Below are positions 32,601 to 39,520 of a DNA stretch of 64,000 nucleotides, one piece after another. Position 1 is the stretch's first letter. Each line of letters begins with the position of its first letter. A program made the translations under genes and the position numbers. The notes beneath the pieces are model-generated. The model was not told where the DNA came from. It saw only the letters and a list, made by a program, of their open reading frames with translations, and did not search any database. This DNA comes from an uncultured bacterium (lineage in GTDB: Bacteria; Verrucomicrobiota; Kiritimatiellia; RFP12; UBA1067), in the NCBI GenBank assembly GCA_902799955.1, contig CADCCQ010000009.1:3066-67065 (forward strand), written 5' to 3'.

Positions 32601-33945
32601 CAGCGGAGCTAGCGGGGATGTGATTATTGATGGTAGTTTGACAGGGGGTTCCGAAGTGTCAGTACATGGTGCGACGGGTGCGAATGCGACGAAAGGAAAC
32701 GTAACCATAAATGGATCTATTAAGGCAGGCAATCAAGTTCATGCAATTACGGGTAATGGTGATATAGTTGTAAGTGGAACGGGAACGATAAACGTAGAGG
32801 GAGAAGATGGCCTAGTTGTCATGGGTACGGGATTGCGTAGTGGGCAACATGGAGACATTAATATCGGTGGTTCGGTTTTCGCAAATGCGATTGGTGGGGA
32901 GGTCTATTTGGATGCGGGGAGTTCAGATCCCTTTTCCACAGGAGGAATCCACCTTGGGGGCTCTTGTAATATAATGGCCGGGTCTGGTGCATATTTGATT
33001 ACACATAATGGCAATCTCACTCAGAGCGGGGCGAACATTAATCCGCCTGCTAATGGATATGTCTCTGCTGTGTCACTTCATTCTGCTGTGACGGCCCCGA
33101 CTGTGAATTTAAAGGTTGACGGGTCTGTCGGCAATGGGAATTACGGTTTTGTAGCCGTTGACGGCAAGGTGTTTGGAAGTGTAGAAGGCGATGCTTCCAT
33201 TGCCGCTGCGAATGGGAAGCCATTTGTCGGGGGAGAACACATTGGCTCCAAGATTATAAACTTTGGGAAATCTGATATGGGGGAATATGGCACCATGGAC
33301 TTTGGTAGTGTCATTCTCGACTGGGGGAATATGAATGGCGATTCAACGGTTCAGGTGAGAGGCGGTCTTTCCATATACACTGCGTCAAATATTGAGCCGT
33401 ACGGGAATCTCCTTTCTGGAAGGGACATGACGGTCTCTGCGCGCTCTTTCGGCGATGTGAGCTATCTTCGTGCAGGCGGGACGCTGACAATCAACAATGT
33501 TGGGCGCCCAAAATATCCTCGCATCGCGTACTTCGAGTCACTTGATGGCAAGGAGCCCAAAATCAACAACCTCCCCAACGACATGGTGATATTCGTGGAC
33601 GGCCGGCTCGCCGGCGGCAACATCAACATCATGAACATGTTCGGCGCGAACGAGGCGTTCCTCGTCTCGACTCCGGAGCTGAAGTCGACGCAGGGCATCT
33701 TCGGGAATCCGCCGTTCCTCCACAGCGACCTTGACGTTGCGAACCCGATGGAGGTGAGCGCAATCGACTACCTGATCCAGGAGGTGCCCCGCCTTACTCT
33801 TTCCAGCGAGTTCCCGGCGGACGTCGACCAGAAGGTCGAGGCGAACGGCCTGAGCCTCAAGGACAGCTACTGGTTCGGACAGGAACGCGTGGCGAAGAAG
33901 CCGAGCGAGGCGACAGACGGCAAGGTCGCATCAGCAGAGGAGTAG
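29680..33945 (+). CDS. Filamentous-haemagglutinin-type TpsA exoprotein (1421 aa)
   Basis: N-terminal TPS domain: LDWTKFNIGSGQQMTFNGGGTTFFNLVDG...IDGIINGTAGNVWVINPAGVAFSSTAQIDIGGLFAAA. This is followed by a long Gly/Asn/Val-rich beta-helix-like region. No C-terminal toxin motif was recognised. Confidence 0.8.
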   Translation: MKNAKTLFLIPCIAIGQVLAGTSFLNNNAVLSQATRAAVSANGDSHAIATADPNAASAVLDWTKFNIGSGQQMTFNGGGTTFFNLVDGAAGKSQIDGIINGTAGNVWVINPAGVAFSSTAQIDIGGLFAAAAGNISNADALRSGSALLPEFSSFGGLVSSDAGATFSADQVAFLGKSISSVGDFAGVNSLVVGASSGTMTVDDVGGGKVSVNIGDFTAADAEVSLGDLDVGGSLSVKSAGAIVSTSPNASSALGRPMLRTTTTTGSIIQAGDIDMMAYDNLEVDGKLQSTAGNVSLLSYGNIDVNSEVDAYGSVSAGALGNINISADVTARGGDSGIGGVELYAYNGSATVNEGSAVNSVGTVNITAGISAGAEGNIKVDGLVESKTGDVELYSAYGNHSTGDIEINGTVNGNGVRIGSGLADIVYYAETRQHEPMHASSGNGNITVRGAVQGVSDIAINTNEGDINVCVGGEIKTTGNHAALDISAGDGVTISGNVIAENSGDIEIASSQGIFEYEGKGITIASTGRVDAEGDLTFYSGLDAVFYSNGDLLDFWGLGYGGGGIVVDGVVKSRGNMSIYSVEGVTGKGFLDSGASILKVDGGMGAIKFTGQIASGNTTFLSTTYLDYDIVGDVSVPNSDNDFKGVVSASGNNISIVDGNSLALGNVIAFGDVFLRSGEGIQVMAGTVLAEGDVTLAAGGSVLENAAGVVEAGRNLVVTAENGRIGLLGSVSANGDASFNADGRVVVVSENGLISFGGITARGSDVDLTGRGDVSVGDVVATSGNVRLYWSEGNVHIKEGSTVKTLGDSASVNVGIDVGIGSGGLTGNGDVIVDGNVSAEGDGGRVNLLARNGNVVVNGGVDSSGDIYMMAHGDGGAEVGHDALVASREGKVTISSDSKAMFIDGKIEGETGVWLMTYSGDIEVGKSATLHSRGPGGGINVYAAMEKGGRGNAIIKGNLIADGKDGSVAVATAGHSGASGDVIIDGSLTGGSEVSVHGATGANATKGNVTINGSIKAGNQVHAITGNGDIVVSGTGTINVEGEDGLVVMGTGLRSGQHGDINIGGSVFANAIGGEVYLDAGSSDPFSTGGIHLGGSCNIMAGSGAYLITHNGNLTQSGANINPPANGYVSAVSLHSAVTAPTVNLKVDGSVGNGNYGFVAVDGKVFGSVEGDASIAAANGKPFVGGEHIGSKIINFGKSDMGEYGTMDFGSVILDWGNMNGDSTVQVRGGLSIYTASNIEPYGNLLSGRDMTVSARSFGDVSYLRAGGTLTINNVGRPKYPRIAYFESLDGKEPKINNLPNDMVIFVDGRLAGGNINIMNMFGANEAFLVSTPELKSTQGIFGNPPFLHSDLDVANPMEVSAIDYLIQEVPRLTLSSEFPADVDQKVEANGLSLKDSYWFGQERVAKKPSEATDGKVASAEE

Positions 33946-33957
33946 GCGTGGCGGGCA

Positions 33958-36900
33958 ATGGGTAGTGTCGACACAGACATTCTGGGCGGCTTCAGGCTGC
34001 TGAAAGAGCTTGGCTCGGGTGGCGAAGCCAAGGTCTACAAGGCTGTATGTGTGCGCAATATGCATAAGATTGTGCCCAAGGGCAAGGTTGTCGCGCTCAA
34101 GATTGTATACGAGCACGGTGCGGATGCTGATGGCCATTGGCAGAAGTTGCAGACACGCGTCAAGGAGTTGATGCGTCTCGACAATCCGTATGTTGTCCGC
34201 TATCTGGGATGTTTTCGCGAACGCGGACAAGATGGCGAAAAACATGTGGTGGTACAGGAGTTCCTTGAGGGTCGGACACTTAAAGAGCAGCTTGCGCTAT
34301 CCCGGCTGGGACTTGACGTTGATGAAGGCAGGCGTGTGGTGAATCAGGTGCTTGAAGGACTCGACTATACCACCGGCCAAGGCATATATCATCGTGACAT
34401 AAAACCGGCGAATGTCTTTCTTTGCGCGGACGGCGGAGTCAAACTGATAGATTTCGGGGTCGCCAAGCAGGTGGCAGCCAATGTGACCGTGACCGTGTCG
34501 GACAATATTCGCGGAACATGGAACTACATGGCACCAGAGTTCACGTCCCCGTCCTTTAGCGGAGATGTGAGAAGCGATGTCTTTTCCGTGGGCGTGTTGT
34601 TGCACGAGATACTTGTCGGGACCTTGCCTTATGCCGACTTGAACAGCCTCGGCATGTCTGGCTATTATTCCCGCTGGTCGCAGCAGGCCGCCCCGGATGT
34701 CCCTGCAATCAGAGTCGATCCGATGGCGGAACGTCTCTTGATTGGCGTGGAGAACATCCTGTCCGTGGCTCTGGCACGGAATCCTGCCGCTCGATATGCT
34801 TCGTTTAGGGATTTTCGCAGGGCGTTTGACAGGGTGGAGCCAGTCTGCACAAAGGGTGGGGGGCATACGTATCAACGTTTGAAATTCGTCGGCAGGGGTG
34901 GATTTGGCGAGGTGTTCAAGGCACGATGCCAGGAGACAGGCGAGTTGGTGGCCATCAAGAAGCTTCTCAAACCGGAATATGCCAGCCGGTTCCGGCGCGA
35001 GGCCAAGATTATGCGTCGGCTAGACGATCCTTGCTTTGTCAAGTTCATTGATTTCTTCGAATTGCGCGACGGCGCGTTCCTCGTCATGCGCTTTCTTGAG
35101 GGCATGCCAGGCGGCTCGCTGCACGACGCAATCATACGGGCTGGCGAGAAATGCAGAAATGACGACAACAAAGACTGCGGTCTGCCCAAAGCGCTTGTCC
35201 TTGCCGCCTTCGAGCGCTATGCACGCGGACTTGCCGTGTTGCACGGACGGGGGATTGTCCATCGCGACATAAAGCCAAGCAATCTCTACTACCCGGAAGG
35301 ACATCCAGATTGCGTTGCAATCATGGACTTTGGCATAGTTCGAGCCAAGGACACCACGTTTACATACGGGAACGTGCCATGTACGCCAGACTACGCGCCG
35401 CCGGAAATCGTGATTTCCGGTGATCGCGGAGAGCCGGCGATGGACATCTTTTCGCTGGGGCTTTGCATGTACGAGGCGCTGACAGGTGGGCGAAAGTCGT
35501 ATCCAACGCTTGCTTCCGGCACGGCTGGATACAACGCATTATGTCAGCGCGCCAAGACGATGCAGGAACCGAATTTCGACGATTGCCGGGTTCGGGCCGA
35601 CAGTGAGCTTCTCGAATTGCTTCAGCGGATGACGGCTCCCGACAAATCCGTGCGCATGAATGACGCCAACGAGGTCGCCCGGGAGCTCCGCAGGCTCTTC
35701 TACCGTCCAAGTACGGCCCCGGATTGCCCGACGACGGCTGTGTTCGGTTCGTCCCCTGATATTTCCACGCCCATTGATGCCGCGAAATTGCTGGATTGGT
35801 TCAAGGCATGGAGGGAGAAGCACCCCGTTGAAAAGCCCACGCCGTTACCTGAGCCGTGGCCACATCCTGGTCCGCGAAAGACTGCATGGAAGAGTGTGAT
35901 AGTGGTAGCGCTAGTCGTTGCTTCCCTGGGCGTGGCTACATGGCGGGTCGCGAGATTACGATACGGGAAAGACGATTTTGTGCATCCTGAAACTAGGCAG
36001 GATACTGGCAGTTTGACCGAAACAAATCCAGTACAGAAGGTCGTGGCAGAGGTGCCTACGGTTAAACCTGTCCCCGATGACTACATCAAATTGAAGCATC
36101 AGGCGTTTAAAAACGATTTCGACATCCGCATGAGGGACGAGCCTGTGACAAACCGTCGGGACCGTATTGCAAGTGCGGAAAGGCTGCTTCGAAAGGCGAT
36201 TGTCGAGGATCATCTCTGCACCGAAGGGGAGGCTGCGCGTTTTCGTGCGGAAATCGAAGCCGCCAGGAAGAGGGTCGTGGGCGTCTTGAAGAACGGCAGC
36301 GGTCTGGAGCTCGTTGTGGACGGCAGAAAACTTCCCGCAGGTGTTGAACATACGTTCTCCTTCGACGACGGAGAGCCAATAAAACGTACAATGCGGCTGT
36401 TTGGCCACGACGAACGTCCGCTGCCTTCCAACCTTGACGAGAAGGTCATGGTTGTCACGACAAACGATTTCAATGTGTCTACGGTCAAAGTGGAGTTGCC
36501 GGAATCGCTTGAAGGGGGCGTTACGTGTTTCTTCAACGGGAAGCAAGTAGGCGGGGCCGGCTTGTCGCTTACGCCAGGATCGTATGAATGCGTTTACCGG
36601 AGAGAAGGTTATGAAGAGCAAAGGATTGCCTTTGACGTTTTGTTGGGAACGGGCAGATCCATTCCCGAACCAGATCATTGGAAGGCAAAACCCGTAGATG
36701 TCGAATTGCCCGCTTTTGGCAAGGATGTTGTTTGTTCGGTTGATGGCAAACCGTCATCGGAGGTGAAAAGGCTTATGCCAGGTGAACACGCGGTAGAGTA
36801 TAGGCGAAAGGGGTATTTTAATCAGACGATTCCATTCGTGGCAAGATTGTCCGAGCCTGTTTCCGTGCCGTTGCCAGACAGGGAATGGCGCGTGAGGCCC

Positions 36901-37638
36901 GTGCCTGTGGCGGTGCCGGAGCTGGAGCGTGGCGTCTGGTGTGCTATAGACGGGACGAACGTCGCATCCAAGTCTTCCGTTGAATTGATGCCGGGCAAAC
37001 ACGCGCTTGAGTACGAGAGGTACGGATATGTGCGGCAGGGAACCAACTTTGTCGTCAAGGTTGGCGAGGAGAAGGTGGAAGTGCGCGGGCCTTGTCCATG
37101 GGAGATTGCAAAGGTAAGGGTTTCCGTGCCGAAACTGGAACGGGGTGTCGAATGTAGGATCGACGGCAAGAGCGTGGCAGAGGAAATTGACCTCGTCCCG
37201 GGCGGGTATTCATACGAGTATGTTCGGACAGGATTTAAGACGCAGGCCGATCGATTCGTAGTGATGGCAAATCACCCGATGAATCTGCCAGAACCGGGAG
37301 AATGGGTCATGGTGCCCAGTCCAAAAGCAGTGCCGTCAAGTCCCGATGTCCTGTCGCCGTCGTACAAGGAGGCACTGGAACGGTATGCATTTCAGGATTA
37401 TGGTGGTGCACTTGAGAAGTTCCACGCGGCGCTCAAGGAGGACTGCCGCCCTCGTGCGGATGACATGGATAAAATCGAGGATGCTTTCAAGAAGCGCCTT
37501 GAAGAGATAAATGGCCTGATAAATCGGACCAAGGCCGACATTTCGATTGGTCGGGACCCCAAACGCAGCCTGGATGACTTGGACAATGATCGAAAGACCC
37601 TCATCAAGTGGTATAATGAGCTAAAGGCAGCTCGGTAA
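33958..37638 (+). CDS. Membrane-spanning tandem Ser/Thr protein kinase (two Hanks-type kinase domains, one TM helix, PEGA-like repeats)
   Basis: Kinase 1: LGSGGEAKV, VALK, HRDIKPAN, DFGVAK, YMAPE. Kinase 2: GRGGFGEV, VAIKK, HRDIKPSN, DFGIVR, YAPPE. The TM helix is AWKSVIVVALVVASLGVATW. Four ~70-aa repeats and a helical tail follow. Confidence 0.8.
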   Translation: MGSVDTDILGGFRLLKELGSGGEAKVYKAVCVRNMHKIVPKGKVVALKIVYEHGADADGHWQKLQTRVKELMRLDNPYVVRYLGCFRERGQDGEKHVVVQEFLEGRTLKEQLALSRLGLDVDEGRRVVNQVLEGLDYTTGQGIYHRDIKPANVFLCADGGVKLIDFGVAKQVAANVTVTVSDNIRGTWNYMAPEFTSPSFSGDVRSDVFSVGVLLHEILVGTLPYADLNSLGMSGYYSRWSQQAAPDVPAIRVDPMAERLLIGVENILSVALARNPAARYASFRDFRRAFDRVEPVCTKGGGHTYQRLKFVGRGGFGEVFKARCQETGELVAIKKLLKPEYASRFRREAKIMRRLDDPCFVKFIDFFELRDGAFLVMRFLEGMPGGSLHDAIIRAGEKCRNDDNKDCGLPKALVLAAFERYARGLAVLHGRGIVHRDIKPSNLYYPEGHPDCVAIMDFGIVRAKDTTFTYGNVPCTPDYAPPEIVISGDRGEPAMDIFSLGLCMYEALTGGRKSYPTLASGTAGYNALCQRAKTMQEPNFDDCRVRADSELLELLQRMTAPDKSVRMNDANEVARELRRLFYRPSTAPDCPTTAVFGSSPDISTPIDAAKLLDWFKAWREKHPVEKPTPLPEPWPHPGPRKTAWKSVIVVALVVASLGVATWRVARLRYGKDDFVHPETRQDTGSLTETNPVQKVVAEVPTVKPVPDDYIKLKHQAFKNDFDIRMRDEPVTNRRDRIASAERLLRKAIVEDHLCTEGEAARFRAEIEAARKRVVGVLKNGSGLELVVDGRKLPAGVEHTFSFDDGEPIKRTMRLFGHDERPLPSNLDEKVMVVTTNDFNVSTVKVELPESLEGGVTCFFNGKQVGGAGLSLTPGSYECVYRREGYEEQRIAFDVLLGTGRSIPEPDHWKAKPVDVELPAFGKDVVCSVDGKPSSEVKRLMPGEHAVEYRRKGYFNQTIPFVARLSEPVSVPLPDREWRVRPVPVAVPELERGVWCAIDGTNVASKSSVELMPGKHALEYERYGYVRQGTNFVVKVGEEKVEVRGPCPWEIAKVRVSVPKLERGVECRIDGKSVAEEIDLVPGGYSYEYVRTGFKTQADRFVVMANHPMNLPEPGEWVMVPSPKAVPSSPDVLSPSYKEALERYAFQDYGGALEKFHAALKEDCRPRADDMDKIEDAFKKRLEEINGLINRTKADISIGRDPKRSLDDLDNDRKTLIKWYNELKAAR
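36484..37323 (+). repeat. Four tandem ~70-codon PEGA-like repeats inside the kinase gene
   Basis: Repeat starts are at 36484 (VKVELPES), 36694 (VDVELPAF), 36901 (VPVAVPEL) and 37114 (VRVSVPKL). Each contains a conserved C..(D/N)GK...L.PG.(Y/H)..(V/E)Y.R.G(Y/F) core. Confidence 0.7.
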
Positions 37639-37652
37639 GGAGATGTGCTGTC

Positions 37653-38828
37653 ATGGGCGAGAATCTTGAAGCTGCAAAATACGATGTATTCATCAGTTAC
37701 TCTAGACGGGATATGGGAAGTGTGCAGCCTGTTGTCGACCGGCTGAGGGCAGAGGGGTATAGTTGCTGGATGGACGTGAACGGCATTGAAAGTGGTGATG
37801 AATTCCGTTCAAAACTGGTTGATGCCATAGAGCGCTCCTGCATTGTGGTGTTCTTCTCGTCTGCTGATTCCAATGTGTCAAAATGGACCAGGCGGGAGCT
37901 TTCGGTTGCCGATGAATGTCACAAGCCGATAATTCCCGTCAGGCTTGACCACGCACCATATTCCAATGCCATCAAGCTTATTCTGACGGGCGTGGACTAC
38001 ATTGATTTCCAGGCGGTGGAATTGCGCATGGCGGCAACTGAGAGGTTGCTCAGAAGTGTCAAGGAGAAGACGGAAGATGTCTTGTCGGGACATACGGGGA
38101 TGAAGGGTTTGACCTTGCCCGGTGGTGTGTCAATGCGTTTTAGGTGGTGTCCGCCCGGGACGTTTATGATGGGGAGTCCGCAGACAGAGGAGGGGCATGC
38201 CCAAGATGAGATTCTACATCGCGTCACGCTTACAAAAGGCTTCTGGATGGGGGAGACCCCTGTGACGCAGAGGCAGTGGGAAGCCGTCATGGGTGACAAC
38301 CCTTCTGTTTGCCGGGGCGCGGATCATCCCGTTGAAGGGGTCTCGTGGCATGACTGCATGGATTTCATCAGAAAGGTGAACGAGCAGCAGAAATGCGCAC
38401 TGCGTCTGCCGACGGAGGCGGAATGGGAATATGCCTGTCGTGCCGAGACGAACGGACCATTTGGCGGGAATGGGGTCTTGTGCGAGATGGGGTGGTATAA
38501 TGACGACAGCTACGGCGAAATGCAACCATCGCGGTCGTCCCATCCTGTCAAGAAGAAAGAGCCTAACAAATGGGGCCTCTACGATATGCATGGGAATGTC
38601 TGGGAATGGTGCAGCGACTGGTACGGGGCGTATTCTGCGGAATCGGTCACAGACCCCATTGGGCCGCCCGAAGGGAAGCTGAAGATACGTCGCGGCGGTT
38701 CGTGGCAAGACGAGGCGATGGCATGTCGCTCCGCCTACCGTTTAGTGTTTTCGCCCGAGTCGCGGCACAGCCTCCTGGGTTTCCGTGTCGCATTCGATGC
38801 TGACGCATACGAGGAGAAGGAGAAATGA
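37653..38828 (+). CDS. TIR domain fused to an FGE-sulfatase (SUMF1/PvdO-type) domain
   Basis: TIR motifs: YDVFISYSRRD ... SKWTRRELSVA (conserved Glu). FGE-type motifs: FMMGSP, HRVTLTKGFWMGETPVTQRQWEAVMG, PVEGVSWHDCMDFI, RLPTEAEWEYACR, HGNVWEWCSDWY, RRGGSW...CRSAYR...GFRVAF. There is no signal peptide or TM helix. Confidence 0.8.
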   Translation: MGENLEAAKYDVFISYSRRDMGSVQPVVDRLRAEGYSCWMDVNGIESGDEFRSKLVDAIERSCIVVFFSSADSNVSKWTRRELSVADECHKPIIPVRLDHAPYSNAIKLILTGVDYIDFQAVELRMAATERLLRSVKEKTEDVLSGHTGMKGLTLPGGVSMRFRWCPPGTFMMGSPQTEEGHAQDEILHRVTLTKGFWMGETPVTQRQWEAVMGDNPSVCRGADHPVEGVSWHDCMDFIRKVNEQQKCALRLPTEAEWEYACRAETNGPFGGNGVLCEMGWYNDDSYGEMQPSRSSHPVKKKEPNKWGLYDMHGNVWEWCSDWYGAYSAESVTDPIGPPEGKLKIRRGGSWQDEAMACRSAYRLVFSPESRHSLLGFRVAFDADAYEEKEK

Positions 38829-39136
38829 TGAAATGCAATGAGACAGACAAAGAGTGTTGTCGTCCGCAATCGACGGATACGGGCGATGTCGCATTGCCTG
38901 AATCGCTCATGCCGCTCATCGAGGCGTTGGCGGAGAACGTCCATGACACATGGGCGAAGGGACGAATGGACGAGGGCTGGACATACGGCCCCGTCCGCGA
39001 CGACGCAAGGAAACAGCATCCTTGCCTTGTCCCCTACGCCGACCTTCCCGAATCCGAGAAGGCATACGACCGTGCCACGGCAATTTCAACACTGAAGTTC
39101 ATCTGCAAGATGGGATACGAACTTTGTCTTAGATGA
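38825..39136 (+). CDS. Stand-alone RyR (ryanodine-receptor repeat) domain protein, 103 aa
   Basis: LIEALAENVHDTWAKGRMDEGWTYGPVRDDARKQHPCLVPYADLPESEKAYDRATA matches the RyR-domain consensus almost position by position. The ATGA overlap with the TIR-FGE stop suggests translational coupling. Confidence 0.75.
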   Translation: MMKCNETDKECCRPQSTDTGDVALPESLMPLIEALAENVHDTWAKGRMDEGWTYGPVRDDARKQHPCLVPYADLPESEKAYDRATAISTLKFICKMGYELCLR

Positions 39137-39171
39137 GTAATATGAATTCAAAGGAGAACAGATAACTCGCC

Positions 39172-39510
39172 ATGAAAATGATTACACTTAATGTTACGCG
39201 TGATAAATCACTTGTCGGAGCGGGAATGTCCTATCGCATTTTCATCAATGACAAGGAGGTTGCCAAACTAAGAATCGGCAAGACTTTCTCCTGCCAGTTG
39301 CCAGGCGAACAGTTTACATTGCGCGCTTCAATGGTTGGGAACGCATTGTCATTTCATAAAATCGGGAAGGAGGTCGCAGTATTCCCAGAATACAGTAAGT
39401 CGGGCGTGATTAACTGTAAATTGAGAACACGACAAAATTGGCTGGGTTTTCTTACGCTTGGGATGTTTCAGGCGATTGGCAGAACGGAAATTGAGGTGTT
39501 GTATCAATGA
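39172..39510 (+). CDS. Hypothetical protein (112 aa)
   Basis: Good RBS (aaaggaga) and a beta-rich sequence (YRIFINDKEVAKLRIGKTFSCQLPGEQFTL). No motif was recognised with confidence. Confidence 0.45.
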   Translation: MKMITLNVTRDKSLVGAGMSYRIFINDKEVAKLRIGKTFSCQLPGEQFTLRASMVGNALSFHKIGKEVAVFPEYSKSGVINCKLRTRQNWLGFLTLGMFQAIGRTEIEVLYQ

Positions 39511-39520
39511 GGATTGAACG

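Noticed and set aside
29680-33945. Calling the TpsA protein a contact-dependent inhibition (CdiA) toxin
   Set aside because: I could not recognise a VENN/pretoxin motif, a C-terminal toxin domain or a downstream immunity ORF. I kept the generic TpsA/FHA-like call.
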